Shown here: positions 1 to 10,908 of the stretch, in pieces
How positions within the stretch are numbered: position 1 is the first letter of the stretch
Layout of the letters: each line of letters begins with the position of its first letter
Origin: Corallochytrium limacisporum Hawaii
Taxonomy: Eukaryota > Protista > Pluriformea
Reading direction: 5' to 3'
Assembly: GCA_002811645.1 (NCBI GenBank)
Contig: PDIP01000022.1
Location: 289,509 to 353,508, forward strand
DNA: 64,000 nt
The notes under the pieces: model-generated
Seen by the model: only the letters and a program-made list of their open reading frames with translations
The model's database searches: none
What the model was told of the DNA's origin: nothing
Translations under genes and position numbers: made by a program

Positions 1-918
1 ACCTCGCCCCGGGTCCGATTTAACAACAGAACCAAAAACAGTCACAGCCGGTCAGGAACACACGTCGTAGCACCACACATTCATTACGCAAAGGCAAAAC
101 AAAAACCGAGCGGACAGAAAGAGAGAGGCGAAAGTCCGAGGAGGGACTAAAAAACCTTTACGGTTGTGCAGCAGCCCTGCGCCACGGAACGACCCGCCTG
201 GACCGGGCGGTGGGTGCAATGAGCACACAGCCGAATCAGAAGAAATCTGTACAAAAAGGCCTTAAAAAAATCATGGCGCATCGTTTGGGTCTTGCGCGGG
301 CCCCAGAGCGAACGGCCGTGCCATCTTCGGGTGATCGCGGTGTGGGGAGATGGGGAAATGGAGCCTGCGCTCTCCTGTCAAACGGACCGTCCACCGCCTG
401 CAGTACTGAATGGACTGTGATTTCCCATACGTCCTACACACACTTGTCGTCGTGTCTTGGCCGTTAGAGGACAAGAGAGAGCACAGAGGGGCCAAACTAT
501 CGGACGGCTGGTGGTGAGACCCACAGTCCAATGCCCCCGTTTTTGGGGGGGGGGGCTTTGTAGCGGGGAGGGAGAGACCCATTCCGACGGGCGGGCGGAC
601 GGACTGGGTTTTGTGTTTTGCTTTCTTGTCCTGTGCAAGTCTCAGTTGGTAGACTTGGGATATCAGGTGACACTCAGTAATACGACACAATTGCACAGAA
701 CCACAGAGCAGGTTCAAAAGAGGGTGCAGTGATTGTATGCTGCAAGTTAATCGCGACTGTCGAAGTTGACATCGAGACCCGACAGACCGACTTTGGAATT
801 TAGTTCGTTGAAAGTCTGTAGTAGTCTACGATAAAGGATGAACCAAACTCTTGAGCCCGAACAGTTTTAGGAGCGGTAGGGATTTATTTTGACTGGAGTA
901 ACACCAAGAAACGAGACC

Positions 919-3900
919 ATGGTTGTGGCTCGCATCTTGGTGCTTATGTTTGTCGGTTTTGCGACTCTGGCATCCTCACTTGAACATAGGGATGCGGGCG
1001 TAAGTCCATACCTAGAGGACGCAGACCACGAAAGTGTGCTTGACATGGCACCATTGACCACTGGCGCGGTTTGCAAAGATAACGGAACCTGTTATAACGG
1101 TGGTCTGTGTGTTCACGAGGCTACAGACTCAACACCAGATAAGACCTGTCATTGTCCGCTGGAGTACCAAGGAGGGGAATGCAAAGATCTGCTATGCTCA
1201 CACGCGCTGGGCAAGAAGCCAGAAGAGCATATCGATCCTACTACGCTGCTTTGCAGGTGTCAAGACGGATGGTTGGGTCCCACTTGCGGTGTCTGCACGG
1301 ATGACCACCTCTGCGAGATTGACCATGGTGGTGACTACAAAACAACTTGCAATAAGTCATTCCAGACCTACAGCTACCGGACTGCATTTTGTAATGTGAC
1401 TACGGAGGGTGTGGCCGATGCTACCCATACTCAGACGCGCGTGCAATTGTCGTATGATTGGCGTAACAATACGTCCACCTACAAGACGGGACATTTTACC
1501 TTTTTCGCATATGATGAGAACAAATGGAAGTCTTTATTTGCGTGCGGCTACGAGCAATGCGAGCAACAACGCGATGAGAACAAGAAGGAAGATGTTATAT
1601 ACAACTGCCACAACGCGCAGTGCAAACTGAACTGTGAAGTCGGCAGCTTCCGACAGTGTACCTTCCTCCTTTCGGCAATTGTTAAACAGGTTAAGGGAGA
1701 TATGAATATGGTCTGCAACGACAAGACTTTTGAATGTGATATTCATGCCAAAATTTTAGACAAATTCTTCAATGGCGTGAAATTAGATTGCAGCCCCGAA
1801 GGCAAGGACAGCCCGTTCGGTACTGGTGAATGCGTGGACGATACTTCCCAAAAGCTGCGGTTCAAGAACCTCGAACATCCTGACGTTTTTATGCTACTAG
1901 CAGCCATCGTAACCTGTTTGGTCCTTGGTGGCACGCTGGCCATATTGGTTGGTCTGTACTTCTATAGCCGAGAACTGAAGAACACTATCCTGTCCGTTGA
2001 GTACAATGATCTCGCCATGCACGCCGAGGCCCATTCCAATGAAGTCTACCGGGTTAATCTTAGTTTCGAGAATGTCAACTACGCAATTAGTCGACGTAAT
2101 ATTCTGCGCAGCGTCACGGGTGTCTGTAAGAGTGGAGAAATCATGGCCATCATGGGTGCATCAGGTGCGGGCAAGAGTACTTTTATGGATATCATGGCCA
2201 TGAAGTCAAAGCGCGGAAAGGTTGGCGGTGAAATTCTAGCCAATGGCTTGCCCAGAGATCGTACATTCAAGCGTCTCATTGGATTTGTGGACCAGAGTGA
2301 TTCTCTGATGGGAACCCTCACGGTGCGGGAGTCCCTCACATACTCGGCGATGTTGCGTCTCCCAGCTGTGTGGCCAACCGGACTGAAATTGAGCAGGGTT
2401 GAATGGGTCATGGAACAACTTAAGATAAGCCATATTGCGGAGTCCTACATCGGTACCACCTTCCGCAGGGGTATTAGCGGTGGTGAGAAGCGTCGTGTAT
2501 CGATCGGCATGGAGCTTGTCATTCAGCCCAGTGTTCTGTTTTGCGACGAGCCTACCTCAGGTCTTGATTCTTACAATGCTTTCGTCGTCATGGAATGTCT
2601 TCAGACTCTGGCTCGTCGCTGCGGTACCTCTGTCATTGTCACTATCCACCAGCCCCGGTCTAATATTTATCAATTGTTTGACCGGCTTATGATTCTGGCC
2701 GACGGGGATCAAGTGTATAACGGCCTCGCGGCTGACGCCCTTGATTACTTCACAAGCATTGGCCACGAATGTCCAAGCGGGTACAATCCTGCTGATTTCT
2801 TCATCGACCTGGTAACGATGTACTCATCTGGACACGGTGTCAACGGCTTCACAACCGCGATCAGTGAGCCCTCGACACCCACCAGCCGCTTCAGCGCTGA
2901 GGATAGCTCCGATGTTGCATTGAACTCCCTGTGGCCTGGTGCCGCTACGGTGGCTAGCAGCCGTCGCATCAATGATTTACGAGATAGTTTCGTTCAGTCG
3001 CAGGCTTATCAGCAGCTCGTTGCAGAGGTGCACATGGCCAAGGGCCAGCGTGAGTTCCGGGATCCTATGGAGCCTATTGCTCCGGCAACCAAGAACATTC
3101 GCTTCGGACGGCAGTGTATCATTCTGTGCTACCGTGCTTTGCTGAATATTGTGAGGAACCCGTTCCTGCTCGTGGGCCATTTGTCTTTGAGCATTATTCT
3201 GGGCTTGGTTGTTGGTGGTTTCTACTATCAATTGCAGCTGGAGAACCTTGAAGCAATTCAGAACCGCATGGGCGCGTTGCTGATTATTTGTGCTTTCCTT
3301 GGCTTCGGGTCCATGAGTTCTCTGGAGATGTTCCACAGCGAGCGCGGCTTGTACATGCACGAGCGTAGCAACCGGTTCTATGGACCAAGTGCCTTCTTTG
3401 TGTCGAAGATGTTCTTTGACCTCGTGCCGTTGAGGATGGTGCCGCCCCTCATTATGGGCACGATCTGCTACTGGATGATTGGTTTCCGACATGATACCAT
3501 TGATCACTTCTTCTACTTCCTGCTCATCCTTATGCTGGTGAACGTTGCCGCAACATCGTTGTGTATGGTTATTGGTGTATCAGCAAAGCGGATGAGCATG
3601 GCGATTGAAGTTGCTGCCTTGTCATTGCTCTTCAGCCTTATGTTGACGGGCATCTTTAACAACCACAAGACCATGAATCCCTATGTAGCATGGCTGCGCT
3701 ACCTCTCGTTCTTCAACTACGGCTATGAAGCCTTGTGTGTGAATGAATTGGATGGTGTGGAGCTTAAGGGGTCAATTCTCAAGTCTGCATCTTTCCATGT
3801 CAATGCACGACTCATTCTGGACCAACTTGGTCTTGAGGCAGACAATTTCTTCAAGGATCTGGCTGTCCTTGTTCTATACTCCTTTATCATGCTAACGGTT

Positions 3901-3942
3901 GCCTTCTTGGCACTGAAATATTATGTGAGAGAGAGGCGGTAG
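919..3942 (+). CDS. ADP1-like ABCG half-transporter with N-terminal EGF-like luminal domain
   Basis: First ATG at 919 is followed by a signal peptide, Cys-rich EGF-like repeats (CHCPLEYQGGEC, CRCQDGWLGPTC) and a TM segment. Then Walker A GASGAGKS, signature ISGGEKRR, Walker B FCDEPTSGLD, H-loop TIHQP and a C-terminal ABC2 membrane domain. This is the yeast Adp1 architecture. Confidence 0.93.
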   Translation: MVVARILVLMFVGFATLASSLEHRDAGVSPYLEDADHESVLDMAPLTTGAVCKDNGTCYNGGLCVHEATDSTPDKTCHCPLEYQGGECKDLLCSHALGKKPEEHIDPTTLLCRCQDGWLGPTCGVCTDDHLCEIDHGGDYKTTCNKSFQTYSYRTAFCNVTTEGVADATHTQTRVQLSYDWRNNTSTYKTGHFTFFAYDENKWKSLFACGYEQCEQQRDENKKEDVIYNCHNAQCKLNCEVGSFRQCTFLLSAIVKQVKGDMNMVCNDKTFECDIHAKILDKFFNGVKLDCSPEGKDSPFGTGECVDDTSQKLRFKNLEHPDVFMLLAAIVTCLVLGGTLAILVGLYFYSRELKNTILSVEYNDLAMHAEAHSNEVYRVNLSFENVNYAISRRNILRSVTGVCKSGEIMAIMGASGAGKSTFMDIMAMKSKRGKVGGEILANGLPRDRTFKRLIGFVDQSDSLMGTLTVRESLTYSAMLRLPAVWPTGLKLSRVEWVMEQLKISHIAESYIGTTFRRGISGGEKRRVSIGMELVIQPSVLFCDEPTSGLDSYNAFVVMECLQTLARRCGTSVIVTIHQPRSNIYQLFDRLMILADGDQVYNGLAADALDYFTSIGHECPSGYNPADFFIDLVTMYSSGHGVNGFTTAISEPSTPTSRFSAEDSSDVALNSLWPGAATVASSRRINDLRDSFVQSQAYQQLVAEVHMAKGQREFRDPMEPIAPATKNIRFGRQCIILCYRALLNIVRNPFLLVGHLSLSIILGLVVGGFYYQLQLENLEAIQNRMGALLIICAFLGFGSMSSLEMFHSERGLYMHERSNRFYGPSAFFVSKMFFDLVPLRMVPPLIMGTICYWMIGFRHDTIDHFFYFLLILMLVNVAATSLCMVIGVSAKRMSMAIEVAALSLLFSLMLTGIFNNHKTMNPYVAWLRYLSFFNYGYEALCVNELDGVELKGSILKSASFHVNARLILDQLGLEADNFFKDLAVLVLYSFIMLTVAFLALKYYVRERR

Positions 3943-4133
3943 TGCTAATTCAACCCAAGCTTGATCGAAGACCGGCTGGATCGGTACCACAAAGCAAGAA
4001 TGTATCTCAAGTTTACAAATTGACAGAGCTGTCCTGAATAAAAGCGCAACGACCCACTTCATGGGTTACGTACAACATCCCTCCCAAAAGGATTTTCATA
4101 CGAAGTCTCAGCTGGTTTGGGTTAACGGCTGAC

Positions 4134-5249
4134 TTATTTCTTCTTCTTGTTCTTGTTGTTAGTTACCGGGTTCAGTACCTTGCGCTTAGCTCCAGCAGCA
4201 GGGGCCGCCTTTGGTTTGAAAAAGGAATCCAGACGTCCCTGTGTAGCCGTTCCCGCCGCCTTTGCTAGCTTCTTGGCACCGTTGCGGATACGGTCCTCGT
4301 TGAAGCCTTTCTGCTTGACCATATAATTCACCAGCCCTTCCTCATCCGGCGGGTTCCACTTGACCTCCACTGTCTTTGGGTCGGTCACCTCAGGCTCTTT
4401 GAACAAACGCCGAGCCTCATCGTACGGATAATCCTCTGGAATCTTGTACTTGTTCGTGTCCAGGTTTGCAAGCACCTTGTCAAGCGATTTGTGTTCCCGA
4501 AGCATGTTCAGCGCCCGGTGAGGCCCAATGCCCTTGATCGTGTCGCAGTAGTCACAGCCCAGCAGTATACACAGGTCTACGAATTGATCCATGTCCATAT
4601 CGAGCTCTCTAAGCGCCACATCGAGTTTGAATTCCTTAATCGGCATCTTGCGCTGTTCACTAAAGGTCAGATGACGGAGCAGAACAGAAGTACCAAAAGT
4701 TAGGGCGTCCATATCCTCCGATCCCGTCGCAAAGACTTTGCCTTCCTTGGCTAGAACGGCACACTGCGCCTCAGCCTCACAAGGGGCCACCATGAAGGGA
4801 ATGCCCATGAGCTTTAACAGCTCCTGGCATTCCGTACTGTGCTCCTTAGTGGCGCGCACTAACCGCCGCTGGAACTTCTCAACATCCTCCGCCGTACCAG
4901 CCTCGCGGGCCTCGTTTAGCTTTTCCTTTGCTTCGTTTCGGCGCGCACTCCGCTTAGCCAATTCCCCGGATTTCAAACGAGGCGGACTGCCGTCAAATAC
5001 ATAAAATGGTTTGATACCGTTCTCAACCATACGAATCGTTCTGTAAAACATACCCATCAGATGGCTGGTGGTTTCACCGGCGTCGTTGGTGAGCACATTA
5101 CCATCCGATCGTACAGCTATTAAGAACTGGTAGATGCTCATACTGGCATCTATGGCCACTTTGCGGCCAAAGAAGTTCTTGATCATGCTCTCACTGACGC
5201 TACCCGGAGCATTGTCACCGAGTAGCTTGGCAAGGCCGTGGATTCCCAT
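4134..5249 (-). CDS. FEN1: Flap endonuclease 1
   Basis: MGIHGLAKL start, [53 protein letters not shown]-terminal PIP box QGRLDSFF and basic tail. Confidence 0.98.
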   Translation of the reverse strand: MGIHGLAKLLGDNAPGSVSESMIKNFFGRKVAIDASMSIYQFLIAVRSDGNVLTNDAGETTSHLMGMFYRTIRMVENGIKPFYVFDGSPPRLKSGELAKRSARRNEAKEKLNEAREAGTAEDVEKFQRRLVRATKEHSTECQELLKLMGIPFMVAPCEAEAQCAVLAKEGKVFATGSEDMDALTFGTSVLLRHLTFSEQRKMPIKEFKLDVALRELDMDMDQFVDLCILLGCDYCDTIKGIGPHRALNMLREHKSLDKVLANLDTNKYKIPEDYPYDEARRLFKEPEVTDPKTVEVKWNPPDEEGLVNYMVKQKGFNEDRIRNGAKKLAKAAGTATQGRLDSFFKPKAAPAAGAKRKVLNPVTNNKNKKKK

Positions 5250-5688
5250 GGCTATTTTCCTCTTGTGAAAAAGTCTAGTCAACTGCTCTCACAGCTCTGA
5301 ACACGTAACGGGATTACCCCCAAGGAGTTTGAGACCCAATCAAATAGCTCACTAGGTGTCTCAGCCCAGGATCTCTTTTCTTGCTTTCCGTGGCCCGTCT
5401 GTGTGCTAAGGACGCGGGAGACACACTTGACCAGGAACAGTGCGGGGGTCCCTTCGGGCAAAAAGCCACGGCGAAAAGAAAGAGATGGCGCGAAAACTCT
5501 CTCTTCCCCCCCCCCCTCCCCTTCCCATGGTAAGCAATAAATGGGGGATCCATTTCCGAGGCTAGGCTTTGCACTGCTTCTAATCTCCATCCTCTTCGTG
5601 GTATCGGTGTACCAACTTACTAGTGATATCTATTAAAATACAAGGCGTTGAGCATGCCGCTACAAATACTTAATAAACTTCGACGACT

Positions 5689-7542
5689 TTACCATGCGTC
5701 TTGGACGTAGATGGGTTTGATGTCTTTAGCAGTCAAGACATGCTCGTCTGGGTTGGGCACCGTCTTCTGGTCAAGCGGCGTCAGTTCAGGGATGATGGTC
5801 GGCAGGCTAACAGTGCGTAAGTCCACAACCTCATTCTTGCCGGCGACACCGCGGTCATAGAAACCATCCCACTTATACAAGGGTAGCTCACGGGCCCAGA
5901 AATTAATCAAAAGCGTAATGCGCTGACCACGAACACCCTGGCCACCTTCCTCAAGATCCTCTGGGAAGCCTGGCAGGACACCATGATACAAAGAACCGCG
6001 GAAAAGCACAAACCGATTGTCCTGAGCACTTACCATGTATGCCCCGTGCGGGGTTTCTGCCTCATTTTTAAAATCCCGATGGCTGTCCCACTCGGTAACA
6101 ATGGTTTGACCGCCAACGTCACCTTCTACGAAGGTTACACTGCTCCAGATTGGATGGTACGTAGTGCCCCCATCGTTGGTCTCCTCATCGACGTCAAAGT
6201 GAAGAGGATGACCAGACATAACCTTCATCTTGCGATGGCGCGGACGCTTGTGTACCCACCACTCAATACCCATGATTTTGTCCCGCACATCGGGTTCCAT
6301 GTACGCCATCATCTGCTCGGCCAGCTGGTGCACGAGGTTTCGACCCTTTTCACCAGGCTTCGGGAACGGCTTGTGAGCGTAGAAGGCTGTTGCACCACCA
6401 TTGCGCTGGTAGTACCGTGTTACATTCCAGAAGCTGCTGTCATCTCCGAAGGCTTTGAGCATCCCGTGGGCCAATGTCTCCGGCTGCGCACCGTCAAAAA
6501 TACGAACGGGGTCATTGCCTTCACCGTAGCGCTTGGCTGGTGTCCTATGCGGTCCAATGACTTCATTGCTTGGTTCGTTATAGCCGTACTTCGCAACAGA
6601 GGCTTTGAAGGGCTGGTTAATGTGAGAATAGAATCCGAAAATTACCATGGCTTCCTCGCGCTTGCCCATAGCAGCGAGTACAGCAGCAAAGTCGTAGAGC
6701 ATCATTATGTATGGTTGCGAGGACCGCTTGGGGTCGTTGGAGTCCGTGTTCTGTACAATGTTCACGTAGTGTTTGTAACTGTTCTCGAAGTCGCCAAGCC
6801 ACAGTCCGTAGATCTCCGCAGCCAATCTGTTCAGCTTGTATGAGTTCTGCTGGCCCCGAGCGCTCATGGCCTGAAACAAAGGGCGGATGGTATGGGCAAG
6901 ATCGTCAGGGTGACTTGCAATGACCATGTTGATCCACTCTGCCACATCGTTCTCGTTCTCAGGGTTCCGCTTGGCAAGATCTGCCAAGATAGCCTCATGA
7001 TCCTCAATCCGCCCCTCGTGTTCCGCAATCGTTGCCAACAAGTAACGCTTAACTCGGTCATCCTCACTATCCTCGGCAAGCAAGTGTCCTGCAATACCCT
7101 TGGCCTTGCGGATGGCCTCCTCCGGTGTCTGCTCGAACACTTCTGCCAAGTACAATTCGTAGGCAGCTTCTGCGATAGTCATACCATCAGATATGTACTG
7201 ACGATCAGAATCTTGCAACACCGCAGCCTCTGGGCTGGACAGAGCTAGATCATGCTTTTGTTGAATCTTCTTGTACTGCCTACCCTCCCAACCCTTATCC
7301 AGACCGCGGAGGAGCTCCATGCTCTCACCACGCTGTTTGGCATAGTACACAATCCCAAAGATGGCCAAACCAGCTAGGAACGAGAACATCAGCATCAAGG
7401 TGCCTGTACGATCAGTACGAGGCGGTGGCCCTGCATCATCTTTTGCCTTGCTGGATCCGTTAGAAGTTGCTCTGTTGCCACCGTCTTGCGCACCGTACAG
7501 GGCCGAACCCTTGCCTGGTCTACGCACGGCTGTAGTGACCAT
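5689..7542 (-). CDS. Membrane-anchored protein with TPR-like helical region and C-terminal 2OG-Fe(II) oxygenase-like domain
   Basis: N-terminal TM (LMLMFSFLAGLAIFGIVYY) and TPR-like helices (LYDFAAVLAAMGKREEAM). HxD motif HFD, distal His LYHGV and the 2OG-binding Arg in RITLLINFW. Confidence 0.75.
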   Translation of the reverse strand: MVTTAVRRPGKGSALYGAQDGGNRATSNGSSKAKDDAGPPPRTDRTGTLMLMFSFLAGLAIFGIVYYAKQRGESMELLRGLDKGWEGRQYKKIQQKHDLALSSPEAAVLQDSDRQYISDGMTIAEAAYELYLAEVFEQTPEEAIRKAKGIAGHLLAEDSEDDRVKRYLLATIAEHEGRIEDHEAILADLAKRNPENENDVAEWINMVIASHPDDLAHTIRPLFQAMSARGQQNSYKLNRLAAEIYGLWLGDFENSYKHYVNIVQNTDSNDPKRSSQPYIMMLYDFAAVLAAMGKREEAMVIFGFYSHINQPFKASVAKYGYNEPSNEVIGPHRTPAKRYGEGNDPVRIFDGAQPETLAHGMLKAFGDDSSFWNVTRYYQRNGGATAFYAHKPFPKPGEKGRNLVHQLAEQMMAYMEPDVRDKIMGIEWWVHKRPRHRKMKVMSGHPLHFDVDEETNDGGTTYHPIWSSVTFVEGDVGGQTIVTEWDSHRDFKNEAETPHGAYMVSAQDNRFVLFRGSLYHGVLPGFPEDLEEGGQGVRGQRITLLINFWARELPLYKWDGFYDRGVAGKNEVVDLRTVSLPTIIPELTPLDQKTVPNPDEHVLTAKDIKPIYVQDAW

Positions 7543-8183
7543 GATCAAAACCCAAACTATGCTTCTGATACGACTTCATTGGTTAGTTCACCACTGGGTC
7601 AAGGACTAGTTGGCGTGATCCCACAGTTGCTTCATTCATCAGGTTTGGCGATGGGTCTCATGTACCTCTCCATGGATCTCTCAGATCCCCAGCAGTGTCC
7701 CATCAGCAGACCCCTTCTCACCTCGTCATCCCCGTCCAAGGTCTGGTCGGTGGACCCGCCTGTGTTATCTTCGGCCCTTCAAACATTCCGAAGCGCAGTA
7801 CATTTTCTGGGGGAAATCAGTCCCTGAGTCTCCCGAAACCCATCCGTTTGTTGTTGCGCTCGAATGAGTTCCCGCAGGCTCCTCCACTATGCCCCCATTG
7901 TTTCACTATGAAATGAGCTTTCCCTACGATGGACCATTTTGGGATGGACAGCTTTCCAGGCCATCACCCAAGGATGGACGTAACGGGGCCTATTTTCAAA
8001 CCCGTCCCGCTTCGTTGCTCAGTCTCCCAGTCGGAGATGGCTCCCCTTGCTTTATACACTCCGTGGTAGTACTGGGCCCATCCGCAGCACACTGTCGACC
8101 CTACGCGCCGACAATGCAGATTGTTATCGTATTTTAGAGATTTCAGTAACCAATACGGCAGCCGGCCAAGTACGATCAACACA

Positions 8184-8272
8184 ATGGGACGTTAGAAGGA
8201 CTCAATACCTACATGTGACAAGATGAATAACATAAAGTAGATCATTTAGACGGCAACGAATTCATGGAGTAA
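8184..8272 (+). promoter_or_regulatory. Cluster of four minimal uORFs upstream of the SLC5 start codon
   Basis: ATG GGA CGT TAG (8184-8195), ATG TGA (8213-8218), ATG AAT AAC ATA AAG TAG (8223-8240), ATG GAG TAA (8264-8272). Main ATG at 8282. The TSS is unknown. Confidence 0.4.
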
Positions 8273-8281
8273 GCACTTACT

Positions 8282-10498
8282 ATGGCAGCTGGAATGGGTG
8301 GACAGACCCTGTCCGGATTCGACCTCATAATACTGGGTGCATACTTCGCATTGATCTTTAGCATAGGATTATGGGGTAGTCTCAAGGAATACTTCCGGCC
8401 AATGGGTCCCTTGGCTAGGAGCAAGAATAGTATCGAAGAGCCTGAACAGTTCCAGAGCCTGGCTCGATCTGGTAGGCGTTTGCGTATGAGCGAAGATCAC
8501 CAGGCCACTAAACAAGTCGGAGAGGCCGAATCATACTTCCTTGCGGGCAGGGATAGTGCGTGGTGGGTAGTTGGTCTGAGTCTATTCGCATCAAATATTG
8601 GATCGGAACACTTCGTTGGGATTGCGGGCACCGCTGCTGCTTCGGGCTTCGCAGTGGTCATTTTCGAGTGGTTGAGTGGGCCAATTATCATTCTATTGGG
8701 GTGGGTATTTGCACCAATTTATATGAGTGCTAACGTGTACACATTGCCGGAATACTTGGAAAGACGGTTTAAAAGCTCGAGTTTGCGGTATTTTCTGACC
8801 GCATTCTATCTTGTACTATATATCCTCACAAAGATCAGCGTCGACTTGTATGCGGGTACCATCATCTTGGGTGGTGCTTTTGGCGTGCAGGATCCCTTCT
8901 TGGGCACGGTCCTCCTCCTAATCTTTACAGGAATATATACAGTGGTGGGGGGGTTGACTGCTGTGGTGTACACGGAAGTCCTGCAGTCCGGAATCATGAT
9001 CGGTGGGGCCCTAATCACATGTTTCTATGGTCTCTACCAGGTTGGTGGCTTAGGTGGCCTGCGACAGATGTATGAAGATCAGTGGGAGTCGGGCACACTG
9101 CCCAACCCGGATGCATTTCACATCTTTCGTTCACTCGATGACCCTGAGTTCCCCTGGGCGGCTGTGCTGCTGGGGCAACCGGTCCAGGCAATCTTCTACT
9201 GGTGTGCAGATCAAAACATTGTACAAAGAGCCTTGAGCGGGCTTGATCAGAGCCACGTCAAGGCAGGATCGTTGCTTACAGCCTTCCTTAAAATTTTGCC
9301 CTTCTTCATGATGATTTTGCCAGGTATGATCTCACGAGCGTTGTTTCCGGACTTTGTGGGATGCCAAACTGAAGAAGAGTGTCTCGAAATGTGCGACATG
9401 GCTGCCGGGTGTACCGACTATGCATACCTGAAGCTGGTCACGGTTATGCTGCCCATTGGACTGAAGGGTCTGATTGTGGCGGCAATGATGAGTGCTCTCA
9501 TGAGCTCGCTTGCTTCTGTCTTCAACTCCGCCGCAACAGTGTTCGCCTTCAATGTATGGCGAGGCATCCGGGGGGACAAAGCGAGCCAATCAGAGCTTGT
9601 CACCTCCGGGAGGATTGCCTCTGTGTTCATGATGGGTATCTCATTGTTGTGGTTGCCAGTGATCCGCAATTCTGGCAGTGGACAAGTGTTCATCTATGTC
9701 CAGAGTGTGAGCGCATTCTTCATGCCTCCGCTGACTGCGATGTTCATACTCGCGGTCTTCTTTCCTCCAACTACTGCCATTGCGTGTATGATTGGTCTCG
9801 CATGTGGCTTTGTGCTGGGGCTTGTGCGTCTTATTATGCAGATCATCGTCACTGAGACCGCGACTGACACCAGTGCCCTGACCGATGCGTTCGTTGGAAT
9901 TCCTTTCTTGTGGTTCTCCATGATTAGCTTTAGCGTTTCCATCAGTATCATGTTGATCGCAACAGTCTGTACCTGGCATAAGAGAATCCCGGAGCATATG
10001 ATTCCACAGCTGACCTTCCAGACACGAAACAAGACGGACAACGTCCAGTACCAACTAGTCAGCAACCCTACAGATAACAACAGGCTCTCAATCGATGATG
10101 AAGAGGGAGTAGCTAGGAGCACTGCCTCCAAAGTACACGCTCTCAAGGTGCACGTTCGCCAGCGCAAGGAAACAGATGAGCAAAATGGCAGCTTTTCGGA
10201 ACCAAACACGCCTATTGACGTGGGCGCGAATGAAGCAGGTCCAAGCACGTCTGCGGGCCCAAGCACGTCAGCAGGCCCAAGCACTGCGAGATCTGCTGCA
10301 GCCGTGAGTGCGGAACGCAACAAGGAGTTCATGGAAGCGTGGCTGTCATATTATCCAGATGACGTCCGCCTAGATCCGCTCGTCTACGAACACAGTGGCA
10401 AGGCTCATCCGAGCTTCTTCACCAAACCCTGGGTAATGAAGGCCGGTCTGTTCATCTACTTTGGATTCTTCCTCTGCATGATAATCTGGTTTGCTTAA
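8282..10498 (+). CDS. Sodium:solute symporter, SLC5A (SGLT/SMIT sugar or myo-inositol) family
   Basis: YFLAGR, SLFASNIGSEHFVGIAG, TLPEYLERRF, GGLTAVVYT, YWCADQNIVQR, ALMSSLASVFNS, many TM segments. Confidence 0.96.
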   Translation: MAAGMGGQTLSGFDLIILGAYFALIFSIGLWGSLKEYFRPMGPLARSKNSIEEPEQFQSLARSGRRLRMSEDHQATKQVGEAESYFLAGRDSAWWVVGLSLFASNIGSEHFVGIAGTAAASGFAVVIFEWLSGPIIILLGWVFAPIYMSANVYTLPEYLERRFKSSSLRYFLTAFYLVLYILTKISVDLYAGTIILGGAFGVQDPFLGTVLLLIFTGIYTVVGGLTAVVYTEVLQSGIMIGGALITCFYGLYQVGGLGGLRQMYEDQWESGTLPNPDAFHIFRSLDDPEFPWAAVLLGQPVQAIFYWCADQNIVQRALSGLDQSHVKAGSLLTAFLKILPFFMMILPGMISRALFPDFVGCQTEEECLEMCDMAAGCTDYAYLKLVTVMLPIGLKGLIVAAMMSALMSSLASVFNSAATVFAFNVWRGIRGDKASQSELVTSGRIASVFMMGISLLWLPVIRNSGSGQVFIYVQSVSAFFMPPLTAMFILAVFFPPTTAIACMIGLACGFVLGLVRLIMQIIVTETATDTSALTDAFVGIPFLWFSMISFSVSISIMLIATVCTWHKRIPEHMIPQLTFQTRNKTDNVQYQLVSNPTDNNRLSIDDEEGVARSTASKVHALKVHVRQRKETDEQNGSFSEPNTPIDVGANEAGPSTSAGPSTSAGPSTARSAAAVSAERNKEFMEAWLSYYPDDVRLDPLVYEHSGKAHPSFFTKPWVMKAGLFIYFGFFLCMIIWFA
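10235..10288 (+). repeat. 3 x 18-bp coding tandem repeat (AGPSTS)
   Basis: gcaggtccaagcacgtct / gcgggcccaagcacgtca / gcaggcccaagcactgcg in the SLC5 C-terminal loop. Confidence 0.9.
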
Positions 10499-10908
10499 GC
10501 GAAGGTAAAGAAATATACATATGTACACTTAGTCCGCAACAGCCGTGCACGGGCCCCGCGATATGAGACTTGCCCCCTCCCTCTTCTTGTGCTAGTGGGT
10601 CAGCTGATCTCCCCTCCAACAGACTCAGACTGTCCAGAATTCAAGCTTCGTTGCTCTAAAAATAAATCTCGAGCCGCCTTACCTTGCGCATATCGAATAC
10701 ACGTCGCGGATCTCCTCGGCAGAGGGACAGGGGCCCTTCCTCACTGCGCATTATCCGGTACGGTATCAAATAAGACTCTATCAAAGTAGCACAACACCAG
10801 TGCGTTTCATGCACGAATCATATTTCAAGGAATTACTCCGGAGACTATCAACTGTATTCTTTAGTTGGATCCATATGAGGCGGGTTGGTCTTCTGATTTC
10901 ACAGCACC

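Noticed and set aside
889-918. TTG/GTG-initiated N-terminal extensions in the ORF track (ABCG, FEN1, ACSL, Dispatched, SPT16, TMEM256, GST, EDR2 and others)
   Set aside because: Eukaryotic locus. Homology and targeting signals begin at a downstream ATG, so the starts were trimmed.
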